From positions 251 through 64,250 of the forward strand of contig CALEUG010000015.1 in NCBI GenBank assembly GCA_937920515.1: a stretch of 64,000 nucleotides of DNA, given 5' to 3'. Every line of letters starts with the position of its first letter. Position 1 is the stretch's first letter. The DNA comes from an uncultured bacterium (GTDB taxonomy: Bacteria; Acidobacteriota; Aminicenantia; Aminicenantales; Saccharicenantaceae). Shown here piece by piece: positions 16,536-26,719 of this stretch. Position numbers and translations under genes: made by a program. The notes beneath the pieces are model-generated. The model was not told where the DNA came from, made no database searches, and saw only the letters and a program-made list of their open reading frames with translations.

Positions 16536-18725
16536 CTATTTATCTGCTGGGCGGGCGCTCCAGCGGTATTCGCCCTTCGGGTCGGGGATTCTGAGATAAT
16601 AACCCCAGCCGCCAGCACCCTGCAGGACTTTTATCAGCACTTTGTTCCAGCCGGCCTTCAGGCTAACCTTAACCCTGTCCTGGTCGGGATAAGCCCCGCG
16701 GTAGGTCGGGTTGGTGTGGACCAGCAGGTCGTTGACCCAGAGCCTGACGCCGTCATCGCTTCCCAGGAGCAGAACGGCTTCGCGGTCTTCGGGCGAATAA
16801 AGATAAGTCAGGCCGTAAGCAACGGCCTGCTCGTTGGGCTGCAGGAGCTGGCTCAGGGCCACGTAGCCACCGGCCGGGGCTTTAACCTGTTTCCAGGTTA
16901 CCGGCAGTCCGCCCTTGCCCTGGTAGGAGCGGTTAAACCTTGTTTCCCGCTCCGGCGGATAGACAGTGGTCAGGTGGTTCATGTCGGGCGCGTCAAAGGG
17001 TCCTATCAAGTACCAGTCCAGGGCGAAATTCTGATTGGCCGGGATAAGGTTTACTCCAGCGATGGCCAGGTCGTAACCCGTCGACCTCACGTCTTTTCCG
17101 GTCACTTCCAGCCAGAAAACGCTTTCTTCCGGAGATAGCTCCCGGGCTTTGATGGTCAGGGTTTCTATCACTGCTTCCTGGCCATAGCCGTTGACCCTGG
17201 CCAGTGTCTGGTATTCCGGCTCGGGCGGAGCTGCTGGCTCGAGCTGTTTCTGCTTTTCCTGTTCCTCTTTCTTCTTTTCTTCTTCTGTTTTTTCTTCCTC
17301 TATCTCTTCCTGTGTTTCTTCCGCCTTCAGTTTTTCTTCCGGGCTGACCGTTACTTCCGCTTTCGGAATTTCTTTCAGGATGGACCAGTTGCCGAGCCCG
17401 GGCCCCTTCAGGTAATAAACCTGGATATCGTAAATATCATGCAGGCTGGCCTTCAGGCTGAGCCTGGCCCGGAAGCCCGGGCTGGCCCCCTCAGAGGTTA
17501 TGGCCTGGTACCTCTGTCCGCCCTGGTCATAATAAGAGGTAAGAACCTGAGCCAGGGCCGGAGCGCTAATTCTGGCGCCGCTGACATTGTCCTGATAGGT
17601 TGTTTCGTTACCTTCAATATTGTTGATTTTCACCCAGAGCGGCAGGGTAAAGTTATCCCTGGTTTCCAGGGCAAAGGGCAGGCGCCTGTCGACCGGGGGG
17701 AAAGGAGGAAAGGGCTTATGCGGCTCGGTCTGGTACCAGTATGCCACCGAGCTGTAGAAATCAGAACGGTCGTTGGCGTGGCCGTGCTCTATGGTAACCA
17801 TTATCGACCGGGAGAAGGGGATGGGGTCGGTCAGGTGGAATCTATAAACTGTGGCCTTGGCTCCCTCCTGGAAATCTTCTTCCTGGATTGAACAGCCATA
17901 ATAAAGGTTGTTGCCTTCCCTCATTCCCCAGGCGTCGGAAAAATAGTCCTCGCTTCCGGTGCCGTGAAGGGAAGGAAATTCTTCCCCGTCCACATATATC
18001 ATGTCGTCGCCTTCACCCCACCAGCCCATCGACCTCTGCAGGACGCTCAGGTTGCAACCAACGTAGTGCCCCCGGCCGACTGCATCCAGGATGAGGTAAT
18101 TTTTCCCGGGCTCGCAGGGAAATTCCTGGCGGTACTGGGCGTGAAAGTAGGGAACGTCGGGCTTGAGGTCATCGAGTTCCCGGTAATCTATGTAGTAATA
18201 AAAAGAGCCCACGGGACGGCTGCCTTCGTTGGTCACGGTGATGCGGGCTGACCAGCGGAAAGGCATGTACCAGTAACAGTTGAGGGCCCGGCCCTCGGAA
18301 GAACGGACGATGGGTATCGATACCAGGTTGCGGTTGAGACCATGCCCGACGGCAAAAAAATCGCCCACGGGGACTTCAACCGAAGGCGTGTCCTCTCCGT
18401 CCCAGAACATTCTCAGAACCAGCTTGCGCCCGTAAAAAGCTTCGGCTGAAATGGTAAACCAGAGGTGATGAATGGCTGCCGGCCCCTTGATTTCGGCCAG
18501 GACTGCGGTCTGGCCCGGGGCAATGCTGATGGCGTCGCGGTTGCCACCGGTCGGGTCAAAAGAAGAAATCCTTTTGCTGCGGTAATTCTGTTTTTCGCCC
18601 AGCGAGGAGAGGATATTCTGGGCATAAGCCACGGTGAATATCAACAGAAGTATAAAGAATATACAGAAGATATGGTTTTTTAGACTTCTTCCCGGCGTTT
18701 TTCTCGCACGGCTTAAAATTTTCAT
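16536..18725 (-). CDS. Secreted DUF2961 / glycoside hydrolase family 172 protein with a Glu/Lys-rich charged linker and a C-terminal extra domain
   Basis: A signal peptide is present. The DUF2961 hallmarks (GRGHYVGCN…WWGEGDD…HGTGSEDYF) are in the N-terminal half. A low-complexity EEKLKAEETQEEIEEEKTEEEKKKEEQEKQKQ linker follows, then about 230 aa of C-terminal domain. Confidence 0.7.
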   Translation of the reverse strand: MKILSRARKTPGRSLKNHIFCIFFILLLIFTVAYAQNILSSLGEKQNYRSKRISSFDPTGGNRDAISIAPGQTAVLAEIKGPAAIHHLWFTISAEAFYGRKLVLRMFWDGEDTPSVEVPVGDFFAVGHGLNRNLVSIPIVRSSEGRALNCYWYMPFRWSARITVTNEGSRPVGSFYYYIDYRELDDLKPDVPYFHAQYRQEFPCEPGKNYLILDAVGRGHYVGCNLSVLQRSMGWWGEGDDMIYVDGEEFPSLHGTGSEDYFSDAWGMREGNNLYYGCSIQEEDFQEGAKATVYRFHLTDPIPFSRSIMVTIEHGHANDRSDFYSSVAYWYQTEPHKPFPPFPPVDRRLPFALETRDNFTLPLWVKINNIEGNETTYQDNVSGARISAPALAQVLTSYYDQGGQRYQAITSEGASPGFRARLSLKASLHDIYDIQVYYLKGPGLGNWSILKEIPKAEVTVSPEEKLKAEETQEEIEEEKTEEEKKKEEQEKQKQLEPAAPPEPEYQTLARVNGYGQEAVIETLTIKARELSPEESVFWLEVTGKDVRSTGYDLAIAGVNLIPANQNFALDWYLIGPFDAPDMNHLTTVYPPERETRFNRSYQGKGGLPVTWKQVKAPAGGYVALSQLLQPNEQAVAYGLTYLYSPEDREAVLLLGSDDGVRLWVNDLLVHTNPTYRGAYPDQDRVKVSLKAGWNKVLIKVLQGAGGWGYYLRIPDPKGEYRWSARPADK

Positions 18726-19103
18726 CGGGCAACCTCTTTTTGAGGAATTTATGTCACCAAATTATAACTTTTTTTATTCTGGTAAATCCACAGGACAAGA
18801 GCAGCAGGTGGCCGGGGGCTTAAAATAATTATCATAAGAAGCCAATCGGGATAAGCGCCTGCCCGTCAGGAGCTGAGGCGGCCCAACTGCTTTTTGGTGC
18901 GGGGCAACTGACAACATCAAGACCGGGATTATTCTTTCCCGGATCCAGTTCAGGCTGGCCCGGCAGGACAGGTTCCCGGAAATAAAAATTTTGTGAATTT
19001 CAGCCTGGCCCCGAACACGATTTTGTTTGATAAATCAGGGAATTGCTTAAAAGTTTCCCCTCTTTAATTTTTCTGATCGCAGAAAGCGGTAAAGGCCGGC
19101 CAG

Positions 19104-20069
19104 CTAATCTCTAACGCAGGTCAGCCACTTTTCAAACTTAGGATTTTGACCGGTAACAACCTTCCTGTACTCTTCGGCTATCCTGGTGGTAATCGGCCCG
19201 GGAAGCCCGTCACCCAGGACATAGATCGGACCATCAACCTGGTTTTCGGAAAAGTCGGCCACCTTAACGATGGAAGTGACCTCCACGGCCGTTCCGCAGA
19301 AGAAGGCTTCGTCAGCCTGGAAAAGGTCTTCCCTGGTAATCGGAGCCACCCTGGTCCGGTAACCCAGATCGGCGGCAATCTCCAGCAGGCTGGTCCTGGT
19401 AATTCCCTCCAGGATTGATTCCGAGCGGTCGTTGGTATGGAGGACCCCGTCCTTTATCACGAACAGGTTCTCTCCCGGTCCTTCAGCCACCCGGCCCTCC
19501 AGGTTGAGGAAAATGGCTTCATCATAACCCCTTTCCCTGGCCTCGGTGCCGTTGATCATCGACTGGACGTAAACCCCGCCCAGCTTGGCAGAAAGGTCGA
19601 GCTGCGAGTTGTGAATCCGGCGCCTGGGAACGATGCAGGCATTGACACCCTGCCTGGCTTTCTCGCCGAGGTAGGCGCCCCATTCCCAGGCCCCGACCAG
19701 CATTTCTACCGGAGAGAACTTTGGCACCAGGCCCAGGTTGCCGTATGAATAAAAAAGCAGCGGCCTGATGTAGGCGCTGTCCAGCTGGTTTTCGCGCACG
19801 ATCAGCCGGCAGGCTTCTATGACCTCTTCTTTGGTGAAGGGGACTTTCATTTTGATGACCTGGGCCGAGTGAAAAAAGCGGTCGATGTGTTCTTTGAGGC
19901 GGAAAATGGCCGGGCCCCGGGAGGTGGGATAGGCCCTGATGCCTTCAAAGGTGCAGGTTCCGTAATGCAGGGCGTGCATCATGGGATGCAGAATACCTTC
20001 TGACCAGTCATACAGCCTGCCCATGTACCAGTATTTTTTGGCATTCTTGAAGTGGGTATTAGGAAACAT
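19104..20069 (-). CDS. ilvE: Branched-chain-amino-acid aminotransferase (class IV PLP)
   Basis: 321 aa. The N-terminus (…WSEGILHPMMHALHYGTCTFEGIRAYP…) and overall length match BCAT. Confidence 0.8.
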   Translation of the reverse strand: MFPNTHFKNAKKYWYMGRLYDWSEGILHPMMHALHYGTCTFEGIRAYPTSRGPAIFRLKEHIDRFFHSAQVIKMKVPFTKEEVIEACRLIVRENQLDSAYIRPLLFYSYGNLGLVPKFSPVEMLVGAWEWGAYLGEKARQGVNACIVPRRRIHNSQLDLSAKLGGVYVQSMINGTEARERGYDEAIFLNLEGRVAEGPGENLFVIKDGVLHTNDRSESILEGITRTSLLEIAADLGYRTRVAPITREDLFQADEAFFCGTAVEVTSIVKVADFSENQVDGPIYVLGDGLPGPITTRIAEEYRKVVTGQNPKFEKWLTCVRD

Positions 20070-20301
20070 GAAAGACTCCTTTTTCCGGATTGGTTATTGT
20101 TAAAAAACACGCCGGTCCGGCGCTAAAAAAAGGATCAACCACTGGTTCTTTTAGTTCGGTTATCACGAATAAGACCTTAAGCTTTGAGAATTATTATTAA
20201 CATAAAAGCAAAAAAAAGAAAAGCAAAAAATTTATCCGCGCCGGCCAGGCAAGTTCGAAACAACCACATAGAGGGACGCGATTAGAAGACAGGTTTTTAC
20301 A

Positions 20302-20330
20302 CCGGGCCGGGCTCAGGCCCGGGTTTTATC
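20302..20330 (+). terminator. Rho-independent-terminator-like hairpin (CCGGGCC-GGGCUCA-GGCCCGG followed by GUUUUAU)
   Basis: A perfect 7-bp GC stem is followed by a T-run on the plus strand only. No annotated plus-strand gene ends here. Confidence 0.3.
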
Positions 20331-20477
20331 CTGGCGACGGCAGAAGGACAGGAGGGCTCAAGACAGCAAAATCTGATAAACTGAATTAATAAGTAAAATC
20401 AGTAAGACATGATTGATATGAATTGACAGCGGGTCATAAAGTCCAGAGAGCCATTGAAGGCCGGAATCTACAAACTA

Positions 20478-21365
20478 TCAGCGCTCTATCGAGCTGGCGG
20501 TGCCCGGACGACGGATTGCTTTCCAGGCCTGCCGGGAGTTCTTTTTACCCTTGATCAGCGTGGCCGTGCCACTGAGCTGATCACCTTCGGCCCGGCCGCT
20601 GAAGACCAGCTCGGTGTCTTCCGTTCCGGGCAGGATTACCGAAAATTTCACCTCAGCACCTTCTATTTTGGTTTCGGGAATATGTATGACCTGGTCACCC
20701 AGGTAGAGCTTTCCCGTAAAAAACTGATAGGCCTGGTTAACTTCCAGGCGGCAGTCCGTTTTCTTCTGGTTGAGGTTCAGGCTCCAGTCCCAGCTGCCGG
20801 AAATGTTAGCCGGGACAATCCACAGGAAGACGGTATGGACGTAAAGATCCACCGGCACGTAGGTCATGCGGTCGGCCTGCCATTCGTCCATATCAAACTG
20901 GTGGGAAATGATGCGCGTTCCGGGCTTAAGGTTTAAGATCGTGGGCCGCAAGCGGATGTTGACATCGGGCAGGAGATACATGGTGACCACTGTGGCCTCG
21001 CTGAAATCGGCCTCGAAGATGTCGGCCCGCCTGAATTCCACCAGGTTATCCACGCCGGCTATCCTGGCGTTCTCCCGGCTTTCCCGGATTCTTTCGGGGT
21101 CGATGTCAATCCCCACCGCCCTGATTCCGGCCCGGCGGGCGGCCTCGATGACAATCCGGCCGTCGCCGCAACCCAGGTCGTACAGGATGTCACCTTTTTT
21201 GAGCTCGGCGAATCTCAACATATCTTCTATGACCTCATAGGGCGTCGGGACGAAGGGCACGTCCAGGCGGACTTCCTGGGCCAGCAGGTTCTGGCTCGTG
21301 GCCGGGCTGGCCAGAAGCACAGTCAATCCAAGCAAAATCACCAGGCTCTTTTTGATTTTCCCCAT
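20478..21365 (-). CDS. Secreted class I SAM-dependent methyltransferase with a C-terminal domain of unknown function
   Basis: A signal peptide (MGKIKKSLVILLGLTVLLASPATSQ) and SAM-binding motif I (ILYDLGCGDGRIVIEAA) are present. The start was reassigned to the internal Met because of the signal peptide. Confidence 0.6.
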   Translation of the reverse strand: MGKIKKSLVILLGLTVLLASPATSQNLLAQEVRLDVPFVPTPYEVIEDMLRFAELKKGDILYDLGCGDGRIVIEAARRAGIRAVGIDIDPERIRESRENARIAGVDNLVEFRRADIFEADFSEATVVTMYLLPDVNIRLRPTILNLKPGTRIISHQFDMDEWQADRMTYVPVDLYVHTVFLWIVPANISGSWDWSLNLNQKKTDCRLEVNQAYQFFTGKLYLGDQVIHIPETKIEGAEVKFSVILPGTEDTELVFSGRAEGDQLSGTATLIKGKKNSRQAWKAIRRPGTASSIER

Positions 21366-21637
21366 GGTGTCTCCTTGAGCAAAATTTAGTGGTATGGCCA
21401 CCTGATTTAGGTATCACAAAACGAAGATTGCTGTCAAAAATTAATTATTGCAAAAGAGTAATTGCCGCCTTTTTGCCAGGCGGGATCGTCCTCTGGATAT
21501 ATCAAAAGACCGGGGAGCGACCGATATTGTTCGGGAGTTAAGGTTGCGGGCCAGGCCAGAAAAAAATTCTTGACCCCAGGGCGACCTTAAAGTAGATTTT
21601 TGTCATCTGTAATAAGGCGCATTCAGGCGGGCGAAAA

Positions 21638-23005
21638 ATGGATGTTCCTGACAGAAGCGAACCGGAACTGAAGAAGACCCTGGGTCCGGTTTCGCTCAGC
21701 AACATCGTGGTGGCCAACATGATTGGCGCGGGCATTTTCACCACTTCCGGCTTGCTGCTGCGCGACCTGGGCCACCCGCTGTTGATGCTGACCCTCTGGG
21801 CGGCCGGGGGACTGATTGCTCTCTGCGGGGCTTTGAGCTACGGCGAGCTGGGAGCTGCTTTTCCCCGGGCCGGCGGGGAATATTATTTTCTGTCGCGCCT
21901 CTTCCATCCGCTGGTGGGATTTCTCAGCGGCTGGGTTTCCTTCTTTGTGGGCTTTTCGGCCCCGATTGCCGCCTCGGCTGTCGGTTTCAGCGAATACCTG
22001 GTTAGGGCTTTCCCGGTCCTGGACGAGCCCCTGAACCTGGGGGTAACCATCCTGCCTGTAGTTGTCAAAAAAGCTATTGCCATCCTGATAATTCTGCTTT
22101 TCACCCTGGTTCACGTCCAGGGACTGAAGCCCGGAGCCCGGGTCCAGAACATTCTGACTACCGGCAAGGTGGGGCTAATTATCTTCCTGGTCGTTATCGG
22201 TTTTGCCAGCAGCCGGGGGAGCTGGAGTCATTTCGCCGCCGGGGACTGGTTGCCGGCCGGGTTTTCCTCGCTCAAGGTAGTCGGGCTATCGCTGATGTGG
22301 ATCATGTTTGCCTACAGCGGCTGGAACGCCTCGGCCTACCTGGGTTCGGAAATAAAAAATCCGCGCCGCGACCTGCCGCTGTCGCTGCTCCTGGGGACCG
22401 GTGTGGTCATACTGCTTTACCTGGGCCTCAATCTTCTGTTTGTCTATGCCATTCCGCCGGCTGAAATGAAAGGAATAATTTCGGTGGGCGGGCTGGCTGC
22501 CGGCAAGCTCCTGGGGGCCGGCTGGGAAAAATTTCTGTCGATAATGATCGCCTTCGCCCTTTTCTCCTCCCTGAGCGCTTTTATCATCATCGGCCCGAGA
22601 GTTTATTACGCCATGGCCTCGGACAGGCTATTTTTTCCTTTTGCCGCCCGGGTTCACCCGGTCAGCCGGGTGCCGGCCCTTTCCATCTGGCTTCAGGGAG
22701 CAATTGCCGCGGTCATAGTCGTCTCAGGGACTTTTGAGCATATTTTAACCTACATGGGCTTTTCTCTCGGAATTTTTCCCCTACTGGCCGTGCTGGGGGT
22801 TTTCAAGCTGAGAAAAAACCATCCTGGTAACCTGAAGCTCCCGGGTTTTCCTCTGGTCCAGATAGTCTATTTGCTGGCGGGTGTCAGCATCCTGGCTCTG
22901 GGGTTGATGCAGAGCCCCGGGCCTTCGGCCGTGGCCATTCTGACCGTCCTGGCCGGGCTGCCGGCCTATCTCTTTTTCAAAAAGAAATACAACGAAGGAC
23001 GGTAG
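21638..23005 (+). CDS. APC-superfamily amino acid permease
   Basis: 455 aa with about 12 predicted TM segments. The N-terminal motif is SLSNIVVANMIGAGIFTTSG. Confidence 0.8.
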   Translation: MDVPDRSEPELKKTLGPVSLSNIVVANMIGAGIFTTSGLLLRDLGHPLLMLTLWAAGGLIALCGALSYGELGAAFPRAGGEYYFLSRLFHPLVGFLSGWVSFFVGFSAPIAASAVGFSEYLVRAFPVLDEPLNLGVTILPVVVKKAIAILIILLFTLVHVQGLKPGARVQNILTTGKVGLIIFLVVIGFASSRGSWSHFAAGDWLPAGFSSLKVVGLSLMWIMFAYSGWNASAYLGSEIKNPRRDLPLSLLLGTGVVILLYLGLNLLFVYAIPPAEMKGIISVGGLAAGKLLGAGWEKFLSIMIAFALFSSLSAFIIIGPRVYYAMASDRLFFPFAARVHPVSRVPALSIWLQGAIAAVIVVSGTFEHILTYMGFSLGIFPLLAVLGVFKLRKNHPGNLKLPGFPLVQIVYLLAGVSILALGLMQSPGPSAVAILTVLAGLPAYLFFKKKYNEGR

Positions 23006-23421
23006 CCTCCGTCTGCTGCGCCTGGAGTAAGACTGGCTGGCCGGGGTTGGCGGGTCTATCAGGACGGAGCTTTGTTCAGCGGTTTGAGTTCATATCCCTG
23101 ATATATGAATAATCATTCATATATTGGGACATCTATCTTAATTTTAAGCTCGGTGCTCGGGCACCGGTTATTGTCAAAGAATAATTTATTGATCATCTTG
23201 ATGATTATCCCCTGTGTTTCCGGCCTGGAAAGCTTTTCCCGCAGGACAATGTTTTTATCCGGCCAGGCAGCGGGTCGTAAAAGAATAAACACCGCGGAGC
23301 GATAAATTGGCAATAAAGGTCGCCAGGCAAATGCAGAAAACTATCGATACACAGAAATGCCTTGCGCGCCCCTGGGCAGGTTGGAGGTGTGAAGATGAGC
23401 CGGTGACGCGACAGCGGCGGC

Positions 23422-23859
23422 TCAGTAGGTTACAATTCTCGGCAGCTTTTTAGCCCTTTCTATCCAGTAGCGCACCATCCTGAGGGCCGGGACGCGGCGC
23501 ACCAGCTTTTTCTCCTGGTTGATTTCCAGGAGTTTCTGGTGAAGGTTCTGGGCATTTCTCTGGGCCAATTCCACCACGGTATCCACCCCGGCCATTTCCA
23601 GCAGGTCGCTGTATTCTTCTCCGATGCCTCTGATCCGCATCAGGTCAGCCCGGTTGACCCACTTCAGAATCTGGGCCTCGCTGAGTCCGGTCTTCTCGGC
23701 CAGTTCCTTGCGTCCGGCCGGAGAGGCTGCCGCCCTGAGCAGTTGCTTGACATTGTAAACCCCGGCTTCTTTCAGCTTATCCATGAAAACCTCGCCGATT
23801 CCTTCAATGGCCTTAAGCAAAGTCATGGGCATACTCCTTGGTTGGATTTTGCTGAGCAA
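23422..23859 (-). CDS. DUF4332-type helix-hairpin-helix domain protein
   Basis: Repeated HhH-like motifs (IEGIGEVFMDKLKEAGV…, IRGIGEEYSDLLEMAGV…) are present. Confidence 0.45.
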   Translation of the reverse strand: MLSKIQPRSMPMTLLKAIEGIGEVFMDKLKEAGVYNVKQLLRAAASPAGRKELAEKTGLSEAQILKWVNRADLMRIRGIGEEYSDLLEMAGVDTVVELAQRNAQNLHQKLLEINQEKKLVRRVPALRMVRYWIERAKKLPRIVTY

Positions 23860-24106
23860 AACTATTTTATAAAAGTCTTTTCAAAAAATTCAAATTTTTT
23901 ATCATAAAAATATAAATGGCGGGGTCTTCTGACCGGCAGCCGGGAAACAGGGATTCCTGGTTTTTGCGGAGGGAAAATCAGGCTTGATTCCGACCGGGAG
24001 TTCTGGCCGTGGTCAAAAAATTATTCTATGGAATCTGATTTTCTTTTACGAGACGGCTAAAGCGAAAGCAGGAAGCAAGGCCGGGCGGAAGCCAGGATAA
24101 ATGTCT

Positions 24107-25042
24107 TCAAGCCGGCTCAAAATAATCCCGGTCAAGATGTCTGACTATTTTGACTTTCTTTTGTTCCAGAAGCCTCTGAAGATTCAGGCTGAGTTCCTCC
24201 CGGGTCAATCCCATTGAGCGCTCCAGGTCTTCCAGGCTGACCGGGCGCCTGCGGACTGTAGAAAGTATCGCCTGGGCAATATTTTCTGGAGCCTTTTCCT
24301 GCCCTTTCTTCCTGAAGCTGGCCACCACCTCCGCTTTTTCTCCAAAATATTCCTTGATTCTCTGCATCTCCTCCGGCGACAGGGGGTGGGCCCGGCTTTC
24401 GGCCGGGGGCCTGACCACGGTGTTGAGTTGAATTTTATCGGGGTTTATTTTTTCCACCGCGGCTTTCAGCTTTTTCAGGTGGGCCGGCGAGTCATTAAGG
24501 CCTTTGACCAGAAGGATTTCCAGCCAGAGCTGTCCCTTGAATTGCCGGCGGAATTTGACCAGCCCTTCGACTATCTTTTCGGCTCGAAGCGACGGATTGG
24601 GTCTGTTGACTTTTTCAAACGCCTTCTGGCTGGCGGCATCGAGCGAGGGCACCACCACGTCGGCTGCGGCCAGCTCTTTTCTGACTTCCGGTCGGGAAAG
24701 CAGGGTGCTGTTGGTCAGCACGGCCACCGGAACTCCGGTCAGCTTTTTGATTTTTCTGATGAGCCGGCCGATTGATTTATTGAGGGTTGGTTCCCCCGAG
24801 CCGGAGAAGGTGATGAAATCAACCCGGGTTCCGGTTTTCAGAAATTCTCTTACTTCTTCCAGGATTTGCTTTTCCGAAAAGAATTTTTGGCGCCTGGTGG
24901 TGGTCTTTTTGGTCCGGCCTAACTGGCAATAAACGCAGCTCAGACTGCAGGTTTTGAAAGGTAATAAATCCACCCCGAGCGAATAGCCCAGCCGCCGCGA
25001 AGGCACCGGTCCGTACAGGTGGGGGAAACTCATGTCACTCAT
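24107..25042 (-). CDS. Radical SAM protein (family with N-terminal YGPVPSRRLG motif and a C-terminal wHTH-like tail)
   Basis: The CSLSCVYC (CxxxCxxC) motif is preceded by HLYGPVPSRRLGYSLGVDL. The protein is 311 aa. Confidence 0.7.
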   Translation of the reverse strand: MSDMSFPHLYGPVPSRRLGYSLGVDLLPFKTCSLSCVYCQLGRTKKTTTRRQKFFSEKQILEEVREFLKTGTRVDFITFSGSGEPTLNKSIGRLIRKIKKLTGVPVAVLTNSTLLSRPEVRKELAAADVVVPSLDAASQKAFEKVNRPNPSLRAEKIVEGLVKFRRQFKGQLWLEILLVKGLNDSPAHLKKLKAAVEKINPDKIQLNTVVRPPAESRAHPLSPEEMQRIKEYFGEKAEVVASFRKKGQEKAPENIAQAILSTVRRRPVSLEDLERSMGLTREELSLNLQRLLEQKKVKIVRHLDRDYFEPA

Positions 25043-25442
25043 CTGTTTTCCCCATTTTATAAATTATCTCTTCAACCTGCCAGTTTTTGTCAACCCAGAG
25101 CAGGTGGACCTTGAGCCCGGGAAAGTTCTGGCTGATTTTGTCTCCGGCCAGAAATAGCTGCTCAACCTGCTTTTCCTCAGGCAGGGGGTTTACGGCGCAA
25201 TCGTGGTGGGCCACGATGGCCACGGCTTCAGAGCGGTGCTTTTCTGTGGAAACGGCCAGGCAACTCTGGATGGCAGTCAACATGAATTCCGGTTCTCCGG
25301 CGGCCAGGATTTTTACCGGTCCGGGGGCGGTTATAACATCCACGCAATCAACCTGATAGAGGTTTTTCAGCCAGCGGTTGACGCAATCCTGAACCCGCCC
25401 GTCCATGCAGTTGATGGCGGTGACAAAGCTTTTTTCAGACAT
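25035..25442 (-). CDS. Small beta-class carbonic-anhydrase-like protein (zinc ligands CxDxR … HxxC)
   Basis: AINCMDGR and VAHHDCAVNP resemble the beta-CA Cys-Asp-Arg and His-x-x-Cys zinc-site motifs. At 135 aa it is shorter than typical beta-CAs. It overlaps the radical SAM gene by 8 nt. Confidence 0.35.
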   Translation of the reverse strand: MSEKSFVTAINCMDGRVQDCVNRWLKNLYQVDCVDVITAPGPVKILAAGEPEFMLTAIQSCLAVSTEKHRSEAVAIVAHHDCAVNPLPEEKQVEQLFLAGDKISQNFPGLKVHLLWVDKNWQVEEIIYKMGKTDE

Positions 25443-25987
25443 TCATCCTCTCCGGGCGCATTCTCCGGTCGGTCATGGCCGGAGGAGAAAATTATGGAGG
25501 ACCGGTCATATCCCGAGTGAGGGAATATAAATCACCGGCCGGCCTGTGTCAATTTGTCGCTTCTTGCAGGTTTTGACATTCCCTGTCTCCTTGAGATTGT
25601 CGGACTCTGGCTGCCAACCGGGTTTCGGGTCGGGGAGAATCGGTTGCTATCTCTATTATCTGTGCCTTCAGTCCCGGCCCTGGCTTTTTTGCCGGTGTGT
25701 TTTTCTGCTCAATCTGGATATTAAAGGCCCGGGAAAGTTATAGGACATTTGTTGGTTGACATCTTGAAGGCCTGGATTGATAATGCGACCGATAAATCTT
25801 TTTGCCCCCGATGCCCGGAAGTCAGTTCCCCGCAAGGGGAACGATACCGACTGGAATTAGAATCGGGCTTTATTATTTCAGAGGCGCGGAGTTCCCGGGG
25901 ATAAGATATTGGAGGGATTGATGGCAGCTATCAATCTCACCCGGGCTGACGATAAAAAATTACATTATCTGGAGCAGGAGGCGATCG

Positions 25988-26440
25988 ATGAGCAAGAGGT
26001 CAGACCAGATTTTTGTTTTATTGGCACTGATGATTTCGTCGCTCGTTTTGGCTGGCTGCCGGGAGCTGGACAAGGGGCCGGGGGCTACGGCTGAGGTTAT
26101 AAAGGTGCTGGAGCTACAGAAAGAAGCGTGGAACCGGGGAGACCTGGAAGGTTATATGGCCGGCTACTGGAAGTCTGACGAACTTACCTTCCAGTCCGGC
26201 TCTAACAGGGTCCGGAGCTGGGAGGCTTTGATGGAACGTTACAGTAAGAGCTATTCCGGAGACCGGATGGGACGGCTTGATTTCTCCGACCTGGAAGTAA
26301 AAGCTCTTGGTGCCAACTATGCCCTGGTTCTGGGCAGGTGGAGCGTGGAGATTCAGGGAGAAAAGAAAGGCGGGGTGTTTACCTTAATCCTGAAGAAGTT
26401 TCCCGAAGGCTGGCGCATCATCCACGACCACACTTCCTGA
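25988..26440 (+). CDS. Lipoprotein with NTF2-like/SnoaL-like fold (DUF4440-like)
   Basis: A lipobox (LVLAGC) is present. The motif …LQKEAWNRGDLEGYMAGYW… is typical of DUF4440/YybH-like proteins. Confidence 0.5.
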   Translation: MSKRSDQIFVLLALMISSLVLAGCRELDKGPGATAEVIKVLELQKEAWNRGDLEGYMAGYWKSDELTFQSGSNRVRSWEALMERYSKSYSGDRMGRLDFSDLEVKALGANYALVLGRWSVEIQGEKKGGVFTLILKKFPEGWRIIHDHTS

Positions 26441-26719
26441 GTCGGGGATTCTGTCCGGGTCTCTTACCGGTCTTCTGCTCGACATGATTTAGAGTGAAAG
26501 AGCATCTGGTATTTAATGTTCTTAATATCCGGGCTCGCCTTCCGGGTTGTCGCGGCCAAGAATTATGATTCCGCAAAAGGAAATTCAGATTCCAGAATAA
26601 CCTGGCCGGAGATTATTGGCTGGTATGAAGAGAGCTTGGGATTCTTTTGATTGGCCGGCGCGGCTTAATAGCCCTATACTTCTGGAAACGGTATCGTCTC
26701 TCCCTTTCTGTTCTGTTGC

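Noticed and set aside
17191-17415. Poly-Ser/Phe 74-aa ORF
   Set aside because: It is the antisense of the Glu/Lys-rich linker of the GH172 protein and is a low-complexity artefact.
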